Positions 1-16,415 of a stretch of 64,000 bases of DNA are shown piece after piece. Origin of the DNA: the human T2T-CHM13v2.0 reference genome, Homo sapiens. The notes beneath the pieces are model-generated. The model ran no database searches, had not been told where the DNA came from, and saw nothing but the letters and a program-made list of their open reading frames with translations. Positions within the stretch are counted from its first letter, which is position 1, and each line of letters starts with the position of its first letter. The stretch lies in NCBI RefSeq assembly GCF_009914755.1, contig NC_060926.1; one strand, 5' to 3'. A program made the position numbers and the translations under genes.

Positions 1-1043
1 GTCTCAAAAAAAAAAAAGAAAAGAAAAGAAAATAGAAGTGATTATTTAGCATGAACTCCCTGCTCCCCAACCTACAAACCCATCTTTATCACTTTCCCTC
101 CTGTATCTCATAAGAAAAGATGTCATCACCCCTGCCAGAGGTAGCATCACTTAGTGTTTTATTCATTAATGTATTTAGAGACACAGTCTCACTCTGTAAC
201 CCAGGCTGGAGTGCAGTAGCCCAATCATAGCTCACTGCAGCCTCAAACACCTGAGCTCAAGCAATCTTCCCACTTCAGCCTCCTGAGTAGCTGAGACTAC
301 AGGCATGTACCACCATACCTGTCTTCTTTTTTTTTTTTTTTTCCCTTGTAGAGACAGGGTCTCACTATGTGGCCTAGGCTGTTCTCAAACTCCTCCTGCC
401 TTGGCCTCCCAAAGTGTTGGCGTCAATAGCATGAGCCACCATGCCCAGCAATATAGTGTTTAAAAATACAGATTTTAGAGTTGGGGGAGGGAGGCCATGG
501 TGCAAAAATAAATAAATAAAATAATTTTAAAAATAAAAATAAAGATTCTGTAACTAAATTACATGGGCAAATTTAACTTTCCAAACCTTGATTTTCTCTC
601 CTGTAAAAAGGAAGCCGTAATAGTATCCTATGAGAATTAAATGAGAACACAGGTGAAGTGCTTACCTTATCTCCCAAACAGTTCAAGGCAAATCCCATTG
701 CTTTGTGTTCCTGAATCTTCACCAGCATTCTCTATTAGCTCCTTCCTCAAAGGCTCTTAGTAAGTTTTTGTCATCTCCAAGCAAGAAGCAAAAATGTCTT
801 ACCCAATCTTGAATCTCTTTTTTGCCTCAGCACTATCTCTTTTCCCTTCCTTTCCAAGCTTCTAGAAAAAAATAATCTGAGCAAAAAGGTCAGCAGCCCT
901 TGCTATTCTTACTTTTCCCATGTTCTTCCATCTTCTACTATCACAATAAAACTGCTCTGACATAGTGACCAATGACCCCTTAGCTGCCAAACTTAACACT
1001 TTTCAGGCCCTTTGACTTTTCTATAGCCTGGTATGATCAATGA

Positions 1044-1867
<824 letters not shown>

Positions 1868-2079
1868 ACTCTTTTCTTGAAGCATTCCTCTCTCAACTTC
1901 TCAGACACTAGGGTTTCATTCCTTCTGCCTGACTCCTTGCTTCTCGGTCTCCTTACATCATTCCTTTTCCTCTGCTATCTCCCTATACACTATTTCCCAC
2001 TCCCTTCCCCCACTTCTTATGCCAGCCCTTTTTCAGTCTTACTAAAATCATTTTCAGCGTGTGGTCTCATCTACTTTTT

Positions 2080-2860
2080 AAAATACCTTCATTGAGGTAC
2101 AACTGACATACAATAAACTGCACATATTTAAAATATACAATCTGAAAAATTTCAGGATATGTACACACCCCTGAAACCATCAGCACAATCAAGATAAGTA
2201 AACATAAAAAGCCTCTCCCTAAACAACCACTGATCTGCACTAGTTTGCACCTTCTAGAATGTTCTATAAGTAGACTCATATAGTATATACTCTTTTTTGG
2301 TTTCCCTTCTTTCATTGAGTATAATTATTTTGAGATTCAGCCATGTTGTCATTTGTATCAAATTTGTTCTCTCTCTTTTTTTTTTTTTTTTTTTTTTTTT
2401 TGAGACAGGGTCTCATTTTTTTGCCCAGGCTGGAGTGCAATAGCACAATCACACCTCACTGCAGCCTTGACCTCTCAGACTCAAGCAATGCTCCCACCTC
2501 AGCCTCCCAAGCAGCTGGGACTACAGGCTCATGCCACCACACCTGGCTAATTTTTTTAAATGTTTTGGCTAATTTTTTAAGTTTTTTGTAGAGACAGGGT
2601 TTCATTATGTTGCCTAGGCTGGCCTGGAACTCTTGGGCTCAAGTAATCCTCCCACTTTGGCCTCCTAAAGTGCTGGGATTACAGGTGTGAGCCACCACAC
2701 CCAGCCAGTTTGTTCCTTTTTATTGCTGAGTAGTATTCCACTGTTTGTATCACAATTTGCTTATTCATTCACCTGTTGACGAACATTGGATTTTTTCCAG
2801 TTTTTGACTGAAAAGAGATGCCATGAACATTCATGTATAAGTCTTTGTATAAGCTTCATC
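2080..2860 (-). mobile_element. L1M 3'-end fragment (with AluJ at ~2376-2706)
   Basis: ttcattgaggtacaactgacatacaataaactgcacatattt...gagtagtattccactg...gccatgaacattcatgta. Confidence 0.7.
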
Positions 2861-3122
2861 TATATTTATGGCTTTACTTACACATCTAGAAGTTCCAAAT
2901 CTGCTTCATCAGATACCAACAACCAATAGTATTCCACTGTTTGTATCACAATTTGCTTATTCATTCACCTGCTGACGAACATTGGATTGTTTCCAGTTTT
3001 TGACTGAAAACAGCTGCCATGAACATTCATGTATAAGTCTTTGTAGAGGCTTCATCTATATTTATGGCTTTACTTACACATCTAGAAGTTCCAAATCTGC
3101 TTAATCAGATACCAACAACCAA
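2731..3122. repeat. 196-bp direct tandem duplication
   Basis: Copies 2731-2926 and 2927-3122, 7 mismatches by manual comparison. Confidence 0.95.
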
Positions 3123-3129
3123 TAGCCAG

Positions 3130-3960
<831 letters not shown>

Positions 3961-4020
3961 CATCATGTTCTAATTTAGTCTTTTCTGATTATGTCATTTA
4001 CTTTTTTTTTTTTTTTTTGA

Positions 4021-4221
<201 letters not shown>

Positions 4222-7137
4222 TGAATTCCTGACCTCGTGATCCGCCCACCTTGCTCTCCCAAAGTGCTGGATTACAGGCGTGAGCCACTGCGCCCGGCCC
4301 TGTCATTTACCTTTTTAGCCTGAGTGTCAAGGGCAATACCTGGTCTATAGTAGGCATGATATATTTGTGCAATAGATAAGATAGGACTTAGACTCATAGA
4401 TGCGGTGAAACAGATACAGTGGGACATTCCAGCCATATTCAGGAAAAGTAGCAGTCCGGACTGGCTAAAGCAAAAAGGAGATAAAAGGTTATGGTAGACA
4501 ATCCAGTCAGAAAAGCAGGATGAAGCCAAATATCAATTGCTGTTAATTCTATGCTAAAAAGTGCACTTTAGCATAGGTTGAACTCAAAAGACATCAACAA
4601 TTCTGAGTGTGACATGTTCAGAAGTGTCCTATAACTGGTGAGATTTGAAAAACAGAAGGTGAGGTGGGGGCCAGTGAACCCCATTAAGAAGTTATCACAG
4701 TAGTCTGACAAAGGAGACTCAATTAGAGAAGTCGGAGGAGGAATAGACTAGAAGAACATGTCAAAGGGAAATGAACATACAGGCTCTACCTGAGTGTGCA
4801 CAGTAATACAAAGAAGCCAGAGATGACCCCAACATTTTAAACCAGTCAAATGTAACAATAAAGCCATTAATCGAGAAGAAAAACTGAAATGACAGGTGGA
4901 GGAGAGAAGTGATAGTTTTAGTTTGTATATCCCCTCACCTATTTATTCAAATTGAGTGCCTACCAGATGTCAAGCACTATAAGTATGGGGAATAAAATGT
5001 GGGTAAGATATCATCCCTGTTCTCAAGGAGCATCCAATCTAGTTATAGGCAAGTAAATAGGAACTTAAAATTCACAGAGCTAGGACAGGGTGCAAAAAGA
5101 AAACAAAGGAGTAATATCCAACTCAGCCCTGATGATTTGACAGTTCAGGTTGAGTGAGTCTAGAAGGATGAGTAGTGTTGGACCAGGCAAAGAAGGATGA
5201 AGGGACTAGCATATCCAAAGAGCCTCAGGTAAGAGTAAGAGAACACAAGTCGGATGTATCTACGAATAATTCAATAACAAATCAAAGGAAGAAATCAAGA
5301 TATGGAGATATCCACATGAAATGTCCAGCAGGCAAGTAAAAACGTAGGTTTTGAGCTACCAACAGCATATCCAGATATGAAACATACTGTATTTTCAATC
5401 TTGTTTAGAATCATTGTTAGTGGCTATTTAAATAAGAATTGGAAGAACCTTACATATCAGCTAGATTATGTACACTTCCACCTCCTCCTATCACTTCTAC
5501 TGCAAAAGTATCTCTAACTTAAAGTCAAAAGCTGTTTTATGTAAATATGCAAAAAGGACAAGTAGGGGCTGTGGTAAGGTGGAGATACATGACCTGTCTA
5601 AAGAAGGGAGCCATTTACTCAACTCCAGCAGTTTAGTGCCTCGCTTGAATACAGGCCCTAAATGACAAGACCTTCCTATTCTTCAAGAAAAGCCGAAAAT
5701 TCAGGTTTTATGTAATATCTCCCATTTTCAAATATTAGCAACTAATTACATTTAAAAATAAAACAACACTATGCCAGCCAAACAAAATGCTTTTGTGGAC
5801 AGATTTCAGCAAGGGCCACCAGTGTGGCAGAATTAAACAACGTCTGTCAACTCCTACAATATTCTTTCCACTGCTTCAAAGGATCCTCAGCTGATACCTT
5901 GGTGATTCCCCTGGGAAAGGAGCTGCTTTTGCCTCTAAGCAAAATGGCCCCTATTTGGCAATGCTTTATGAGTTCCTTTACACGTTTTTAAACAATTTCC
6001 GTGTCTCCCCTTACTCTATCCGGACACCAGCTTCTAGCATCACAGAGACCTCCTACACCCCTTCCATTACAAGCTAAGAAGTCAAACTTGCAAGTAAAGC
6101 AAAAGTAAGGAGTGAGAGCCTGAAGGGATTTCTAAGGAGTAAAGTATGTAAGATATATGGCATCTTTTCTTCTGTTTTTTAAAAAAAATTACATAGATGT
6201 TTGTGACTAGTCAGACACTTGAAGGGGAAAATGTCCGTAATTTAAGCCAGAAATATATGAGCAAATTCTCCTGAAAAACCAAATAGTTTCCACTGTAAGA
6301 CAGCAAGAGGGACCGGAGGAGAACAGGGCAAAAGGGAAAGTAAAAGTTACTGGCCTTTGAGAAATATCAGACACCTTTTAATGTTTAGCATAAAAGGTAA
6401 AACATAATCTCCATTCTTAGTAGAAGCAGTTAGCATGAAACATTCTTTGAGCAGCAAGAAACTGGGATTTAGAAACACTATTAGAAGAGTAAAGCAATCT
6501 TTACAGAAAAGGTAAATGAAGAAAAGAAAACAAAAATAGTCTGGTTGTCACACTGCTGCTTTAGAAGCTTTAAAAACGTAAGAACACTTCCTAATTATAC
6601 TAAAACATTTAAAAGCACAGATCGGGGGTATGTAACTTCAGGTAACAATGTAGCAAACTTAAACATACAAAGGCTAAAAATTCTTAACAAGCCAAATGAC
6701 AGCACCAAGAATCTCGAACGCTGCAAAAACAAAACAAAACCCCCCTGAAATTGGTAGCATGTGCACCAGCCCCTGTTAATCGGAGGAGCGGGGGAAACCA
6801 GGAGAATGAGGAGTGAATACTGACGGCGAGCAGAGCAGGCCACGTTCCTACTGGCAGGCGAGCTCGCAATTCCTTTGAGCAAGCCTTACGGCCAGGGCAT
6901 TCTCAAGCCACTAAAACCAGCGTACTGGACACCTAAAACGGTAGGCTGACAGCAGCTCCGGGCTAAGACCAAGAAGACGGAAAAGTGGCCTGCTTTGACC
7001 TCCGCTGAAAACTGAGGCTCCTCCAACTGTTGTTGTCCTGGAATCAAAGGGCAAAGCATTCACCTCTCAGGGGTTGGATTATCCGGATAAACTCCCCCCG
7101 GCTCCCTGCGGCATTCCCACACACCCGGTGGATGTCA

Positions 7138-7536
<399 letters not shown>

Positions 7537-7638
7537 CTAGCCCTGGCGAGGGGGCTGGGGGGCGAGGCCCGCGCCTGGCCACCCACCCGACACAGGTACC
7601 AGCCGTGGAGAACGGACGCGGCCCGGAGGCGGCGGCAT
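7537..7638 (-). other. Candidate uORF (33 aa, MPPPPGRVRSPRLVPVSGGWPGAGLAPQPPRQG*) in SOS1 5' leader, same frame as SOS1 CDS
   Basis: ATG at 7638-7636 with G at -3. TAG at 7539-7537. 7638-7395=243 nt, so in frame. Requires a TSS upstream of 7638. Confidence 0.55.
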
Positions 7639-7942
7639 CCCGCACCACCGCCCCGGGGCCAGGCCCCCCGCCCCTCCCCGGCCCGCCGGCGCCGCCCCGG
7701 GCTGCCCTCTGCCGCGGCCGCCGCCCGCCCGCCGGGGCTGCACTCCCGGGCCCGGTCTGGCCCCGCGGCGGAGCTGGCGGCTGGGGGAGGACGTGTGGAG
7801 GGACGCTCCGGCCGCGGCGCCCGCTCCGCGTAGTTGGGACTCCGAAACGCAAGAGCCCCGGGCGGGGCGGAGCTGGGGCGGAGGTCTCGCGGGGAAGGGG
7901 AAGGACCGGAGGTCGTTGTTGGGGAATCTGGCTGCCCTGAGG

Positions 7943-7977
7943 TGCCGCCGCGGCCGCCGCCGCCACCGCCGCCGCCG
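7943..7977 (-). repeat. Interrupted (GGC/CCG)n tract near SOS1 5' end
   Basis: Plus strand gccgccgcggccgccgccgccaccgccgccgccgg. Confidence 0.85.
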
Positions 7978-9161
7978 GTGTAGCGCTGGAGCTTCCTACT
8001 AGCGAACTGAACCTGCTCGCTACTGAGCATGCGCTGCCGTGCTGGGCTGGTTCGCTCCGGGTTTTCCGGCTCCCGGTGAAGGAGGAGGAAAGCTCGAGAG
8101 AGAAAGAGAGAGAGAGACAGGGAGGGCGCCCGGCCGGGCTGTGGCTGCGCTCCTGGGGGCTGCAGGGGAGGGGCGAAGGGGCCCGAGAAGTCGCACCCTG
8201 GCAAAGTGGGGCCTGCAAGGGTGGGTGATGACTAGGGTAAAGAGGCTCCCCATTGTGTGGCCTGGCCGTGAGGGCTCCCACCCTTCTCGGAGTCCCTGGG
8301 CCCTTCGTTTCGGAAAGGGGTGTGTGTACTTTGTTCCTGAACACGAAGATAAGGACTGCCCAGAGCACGCAATGTATAGTAAACAGACTGGACAAAAGAC
8401 AGGTGCTCTGTCACGAAACCTACTGCTCAGTATCTGCTGAGTAGTAGAAGTGATTGCGGTGTTTCTAAGTGGTCTTTCCACAAAATAATAAAATGTGTAC
8501 GTGTAGTATTGATTTTGTGTGAATGTTTTAGATTCCCTCTGTTCATCTTTTAAACCCACTCCAGAAATGAACTCCAGTAAGCACTTTCCTCCAGTGGATA
8601 TCGAGACCTCTTTTACAGCTCCTAGAGCACTGCACTTATGCCCCTCTCAGGGCGTTCAGTCTATTGTGTTTTGTTATCTTTTGCGGTTCTTTCGACTAGA
8701 TAATAAACTGGAAGGCAGATCTTTTTCACCAGGGCCTCTACACAGTGTAGAACAGGCACTCAGTCAATGTTAGTGGAATGCTAAAGGAGCAGTATTTATA
8801 AACTGTCCCTCCAGGCCACTGTTTGTTTATAATAGGGGCACTTTGTGGCAGACACCTTATGATTTATCATTAATTATCATTTTTTTGAGTATCATCTCAT
8901 TTAATCCCCATAGCAACCCTATTATTTTCATTTCACCGATAAGAAGGCAGTTTAGAGGAACTAGCCTGGGTTAAAGCTGACATTGTGTCCTGCTATTCCT
9001 GAGAACAGTAACCAGGATCACATAAACGAGAAAGGTTCAGTGGTTCTTAATCTTTACAGGACCTCTTTGAAAATCTGGAAAAACAACTCTTAGGTTATTT
9101 CCTTTAAAAATACACAGGCCGGCCAGGCGAGGTGGCTCATGCCTGTAATCCCAGCACTTTA

Positions 9162-9401
<240 letters not shown>

Positions 9402-9420
9402 TCAATTCAAAAAAAAATAT

Positions 9421-9452
9421 ACACACACACACACACACACACACATACACAC
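9421..9452. repeat. (AC)n microsatellite ~1.4 kb upstream of SOS1 promoter
   Basis: acacacacacacacacacacacacatacacac. Confidence 0.95.
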
Positions 9453-9879
9453 AGACCGGCCGGGCGCAGTGGCTCACGCCTGTAATCCCAGCACTTTGGG
9501 AGGCCGAGGTGGGCGGACCATTTGAGTTCAGGAGTTTGAGACCAGGCTGGCGAGACCCATCTTTATTGTTTTATTGAAAAAATAAAAATATACATACTTG
9601 GTTTACATTTGAAAAACTCCCCACTTTCAAAGTGTGTGGAATGAAAGCTGGAATTATAGGCGCCTGCCACCACACCCAGGTAATTTTTGTATTTTTATTA
9701 GAGATGGGGTTTCACTGTATTGGCCAGGCTGGTCTCGAACTCCTGACCTCGTCATCCACCCGCCTCGGCCTCCCAAAATGCTGTGATTACAAGCCTGAGC
9801 CACCGCGCCCGGTCAGCCCTCTTCAAATATTTAAAGGGTTGTGATATGGGGGAAGAGATTGGTTTGTATGGTTCCAAAT

Positions 9880-10740
<861 letters not shown>

Positions 10741-10929
10741 GCATGCAGGAAAGTTCCAGGACTACATAATCAACGTTGTTTCCAGAAAACGGGCGATTTT
10801 CGGGGTGTGCAGGTAAAAAGCGTACATTCACTCACTCGGGCTAAGAGGTTGGGCATGTTGACCTCTAAGATCCCCTTCAACTCCGAATCTCTGATTTGAC
10901 TGCAGAGGAAAACAAGCCCTAGAAACATG

Positions 10930-11700
10930 GGTTACAGCCTGGGCTAGGCTTGCTTAGCGGCCAGGGCAGGTTTTCACTAGCATGGCCGTTTGGGCCGTAG
11001 ACAGGGCGGGTAACTGGAGAGAAACTGCAGTGAAGAGACTCAGTGCTTCGCAGCGGGGAGACCTACAGGGAGTGCCAGGGTCAGCCCCGCTAAGGTCAAG
11101 GAGCACTCCATCACCCCTGTACTGCTTGCCTGTATCTCTTGGGACAAAACAAAACACCTATGTCCATTCAGCAAGAGAAGACAACCGTGCGGACTCAGAA
11201 ACGTGCAGACGGGTAGGCACGTGTAGACGTAAAAGTGTCGCCCACCAATCCCCCGCGCCAGCCCCTCAGCTTTTACCGCCGACGGGTGCGCCCTGGCGCA
11301 GGCGCAGAGGCTTCTTTTCGCTTCCCTCCTCAGCTCTAAGGAGCCTCACGCCACGGCGGACGTGACGCACGAGGCGCGTCCGGGCGGAATAGGCGAAGAC
11401 CGAGAGGGGCGCGTCCAGGCGGGCTAGCCGAGTTCCGAGCGCGGCGCATCGGAGTAGGGCGGCGAGGACGGGGGCGGGGGTGGGCGTTTGGCCCTTCAGT
11501 GTGCCCCCTGCAGGTGCAAGTGCAACGCTCCGCGCCTTTGCCTGCCCTGCTGGCCAGGACGCGGCCACCTGGTTCTCTGCCTTGCTGCAGCCACAGTGAT
11601 CCTTCTGACGCGAACTTCGGACCCAGCTACTTACTTTTCTGTTCAAGAACTCACACTGGCGTCCCAGGATAAATTCCAAAGTCCTTAACCTGGTATCCAT
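10930..11700. promoter_or_regulatory. Second CpG island, putative upstream/alternative SOS1 promoter
   Basis: CpG-dense non-Alu sequence. E-box CACGTG 11218-11223, TGACG half-CRE ~11363, GC box ~11471-11480, CTCF-like CCTGCAGGGGGCAC (minus, 11501-11514). Confidence 0.8.
11635..11700 (-). CDS. SOS1: Putative alternative SOS1 first coding exon, MDTRLRTLEFILGRQCEFLNRK (22 aa), phase 0
   Basis: ATG in GCCATGG (strong Kozak) at 11700. 66 nt open, then AAA|GTAAGT donor at 11634-11629. Same phase as the canonical exon-1 donor, so it could splice in frame to SOS1 exon 2. Consistent with my recollection of a SOS1 isoform 7 aa shorter. Confidence 0.7.
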
Positions 11701-11940
11701 GGCCTTGCACAATCGGACCGCTACTTATCTTTCTAGCTGTATCTCTCACTCAAAATGAACTGCTCTTGCCTCCTACAAACACATCACTTCTGTCTCTGTC
11801 TCCTGCTATTCAGAATGCCTGTCGCCTTTTTTCTCTAATGCCGCCCACCACAGCCCCACCCCAGCTCCCAGATACACGCTCGCGCTGGAACTCTTATCCA
11901 CCCTGCGCGCCCTCAGCTCAAATGCTACCTTCTCTCTAAA
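11660..11940 (+). mobile_element. L2 LINE fragment overlapping the alternative SOS1 exon
   Basis: cccaggataaattccaaagtccttaacctggtatccatggccttgcacaat...cctcagctcaaatgctaccttctct resembles the L2 3' consensus. Confidence 0.7.
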
Positions 11941-12419
11941 GTTTTTTTTTTGTTTTCGGCTCTGATTCCTTCAGAGCCGAACAGGTAGAAGGAACAGCAG
12001 TTTCAGCCATCAGCAGTTAAGGTACTCTCTCCTCCAGAACATATTCACCCTCTGTCTTTCCCTCACCCTCTGTCTTTCCAATGCCTCCTTTCAATTCCTC
12101 TCCTCCAAAAAATGTATCTCCAGGAAACACACCAGAGAAAATAGTGACTGAGAAGAACACTAGATGCCCACTCTTTACTCACCTTTAGCTAATACTTTGA
12201 GTCCCCCGCCCTCTTCCTCCCTCTCTGTTTCCATCCCTGCCTTTGCAAAGATGGTACAGTTAGAAGAGATTATCAGAGGTTCTCCAAGACATATGGGACT
12301 ATTCCTCGCACTTCTTTCTCGGGATTTCTGCAGGGAGCTTATAGGATATGCCCAAGTTTATCTTCTAAGAGAGAAGAGAAGACTTTTTGCAAAAGTCTCT
12401 TTCCAGTTGATTCAAGTTG

Positions 12420-12856
12420 TAATAGCTCCTCAAATTGATCACATCCAAATGCAATGTGACTTTAACGAAATTCCCAACAGGGATTGTCATGGAATTTGAC
12501 AAACTCATTCTTAAAGGTATATGAAAGAGCAAAAGGCTAATTCTCCTGTAAAAGAAGAAGGTAGGGGAACTTGATTTACCAGATGTGAAAACTGATTACG
12601 TAGCTAAAGTAATTAAAACAATGGATATTAGCACAAGAACCTACAAACCAATTGATCAGTAGACAGCCAAATATATAGAAACCTGATACCGTAAGCATTG
12701 CAGATAAATAGGTAAAGGCTATACTGTTCAATAAATGAAATAATGTGCAATAGATAAATGCACATAGAAAAAATATACTTGTAACTCCCACCCTACGCAA
12801 AACAATCCCATTGGATTGAAGAAAGTGCAAAAAGCAAAATTATAAAACTCTGAGAA
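12420..12856 (+). mobile_element. Old L1 (L1M) ORF2-end fragment
   Basis: aatgcaat...aaattcccaacagg...aaagtaattaaaacaatgg...caataaatg. Confidence 0.6.
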
Positions 12857-13523
<667 letters not shown>

Positions 13524-13736
13524 ACCTTTTGCATTCTTAACTCCAGCTCAGCATCTGCTTCCCAGGGGACCCAACTGATTTGTATATGTATATTGTTTTA
13601 TAGGATAACAACTAATATTTTTAATTATGATGAATCCATATAAATACCTCAAATTTATTGATTATAGAAATATATCTGTAATTTTCCAAAGTGATTTATT
13701 TCTTTAAAAAATGTGGAGAAATTGATGTGGCTCTGA

Positions 13737-14054
<318 letters not shown>

Positions 14055-15729
14055 TGAGCCACCGTGCCCAGCCTTGGCTATGTTTCTTAAACATAGTTTA
14101 CTTATGATAAATATAGCTCAGGCATTCATATTTCATCAGACCTATTATTTTTTGACTGCTTCTGACAGAGACACCCTCTTTATTTTTTGACCAATAAATG
14201 ACCAGCAACTGTAAAAAAGGGAAAGAGAAAGAAAAATACAGAAACAAAATAACACATCCCATCATCCCTTGTGCAACAGCTCATTTCCCAAAATCTTTGA
14301 AAATTACTTATACATGCATGATTTATGAAGGGAACGCCAGGAACACAGTTTCATAAGGATTGTATTAAAGGTTTCTCTCCCCGAGGCAGAAACATTGCTT
14401 TTTTAGAATTGTTTTCCTCTTAACCTCTTTTCTCTAAAACTGAAAAAGTTTGCCTTGATTTATAGGGTGTAGAGTTTTTTTTTCTTAAGTCTAACATAGA
14501 AGTTAAAACAAAAACAGAACCTTGGGATGGAAAATAGTAACGGTTAAAGAAGAATTGAATTTTAATTTGCTCAGCTGATCAGGCAAAAATGGGTTTTCTT
14601 ATAACTGAGACTACAGTTCTCATGAAATATTTCATTATAATATTCCTTTTAGTTGTTTATTGATTTAGTTCGGAGAATGTAGAACAGAGGGAAAGAGGAC
14701 TGAAATGAAACCTCTGTGCTGAATAAGTCTAGTGCATTTCTTATAAATTTATTCCTGATTCTTATCAAGTTTGTTGTCATTTGAAGTGGGATTTTTAATC
14801 TGCATTTCTACGTGATTATTGCTGGGTTAAAGAAAAAGTATTGTTTTTCATATAGTTGGCTTAAATCTGGCCTCTTTAATTTTTCATTAGTTCTAATAGT
14901 TTTCTTTCTAAAATAACATCTCTGATTCTCTACAATCATTTTATATGCAAACTATGATATTTTGCCTTCAGCCTTTTTATAAATGCTGGAGGATTAGGAC
15001 TTAGGCTAAGGATTCAGCAGCAACTCCTGGACCCCATTTCTGCTCTGCCTTGACCAAAATTGGCAATGCAGCCATCACTGATGTTGAAAGCTGCTGAATC
15101 AGGAAGTCATCTGCCAAATTAATAAGCTGCTGCACAACAGCTGGCTGCAGACCATGCCACCTCTGCCACAGTCTACCCCAGCAAAGCAGATCCTCTTGAT
15201 ATCACCTCTGTCTACATATGACTCAGTTTCAAATCAGTCTCAACAAATGCTTCTGTTTCGTGGGATGCAAATCATATCTCAAGCCCTAGCCACAGGAGAG
15301 TCTAGAAAATGTAGTTTTTTAGCTTCTGCCTGTATGTTCATTCTAGAGCATACTAATATGCAATATCTGCCATATCATTCTTTAGCATGTCTAGAAAATT
15401 TTCTATTTCTTTTTAAAAATTGTGATACAGGCTGGGTGAGGTGGTTCATGCCTGTAATCTCAGCATTTTGGGAGGCCAAGGTGGGCAGATCACCCAAGGT
15501 CAGGAGTTTGAGACCAGCCTGGCCAACATGATGAAATCCCATCTCTACTAAAAATACAAAAATTAGCTGGGCATGGAGGCACATGCCTGTAATCCCAGCT
15601 ACTCGGGAGGCTGAGGTGTGAGGATCACTTGAGCCTGGGAGATGGAGGTTGCAATGATCAGAGATCATGCACTGCACTCCAGCCTGAGCAACAGAGCTAG
15701 ACTCTGTTTCAAAAACAAAAGAAAAAGAA

Positions 15730-16415
15730 AAGAGTGATAAAATACACATAATACAAAATTTATCATCTTAACCTTTTATTTTACTTTTTTTTTAAGCTAG
15801 TCAGGTGAAGCAGTGGGAGTGGAGAAGGAACAAAGAAATCTGTAACTAGTTGTAATCAATTAGTTGTATACACCACTGCACTCAGACCAGCCCTTAACCA
15901 ATTTAAAATATATAGTTTAGTAGTGTTAAGTATATCCACATTATTGTGCAATCAATCACAAGAATTCTTTTCATCTTGCAAAAGCGAAACTCTGAACCCA
16001 CTGAACAACAACTCTCCATTTCCCCTCCCCACCAGGCCCTGGGAACCACCATTCTACTTTCTGTTTCTATGAATTTGACTACTCTAGATACCTCATATAA
16101 GTAGAATCATACAGTGTTTGTCTTTTTGTGACTGGCTTGTTTCACTTAAGGTTGAATAATATCCTCAAGGTTCATCCATGTTGTAGCATGTGTCAGAATC
16201 TCCTTCCTTTTTAAGGCTGAATAATTTTCCATTGTATGTATATGACACATTTGTTTATTCAGCAGATCACTGTTCATCTGAGATGAATAAATCTCAGATG
16301 ACTGTAACCTCAAGAGACATGGGTTGTTTGACCTTTTGTGAATAATGCTGCTATGAACCTGGGTGCACAAGTATTTCTTTGGGATGCTGCTTTCAATTAT
16401 TTTGCATATATATTC
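15730..16415 (-). mobile_element. L1MB-type 3' end fragment (host of Y3 retrocopy)
   Basis: ggaaccaccattctactttctgtttctatgaatttgactactctagatacctcatataagtagaatcatacagt. Confidence 0.8.
15794..15892 (-). pseudogene. Y3 RNA (RNY3) processed pseudogene
   Basis: Reverse complement GGCTGGTCTGAGTGCAGTGGTGTATACAACTAATTGATTACAACTAGTTACAGATTTCTTTGTTCCTTCTCCACTCCCACTGCTTCACCTGACTAGCTT is ~6 substitutions from hY3. A-rich tail at ~15774-15793. TSD CTTAACC at 15767-15773 and 15893-15899. Inserted into an L1M. Confidence 0.93.

Noticed and set aside
2731-3122. Tandem units as CRISPR-like or satellite array
   Set aside because: Only two copies, no spacers, eukaryotic context. The same applies to 37125-37228 and 61861-61945.
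11266-11712. 148-aa ORF as an independent gene
   Set aside because: Starts at TTG. Only the ATG-to-donor segment 11700-11635 has exon hallmarks, and the rest is GC-rich intron-like sequence.
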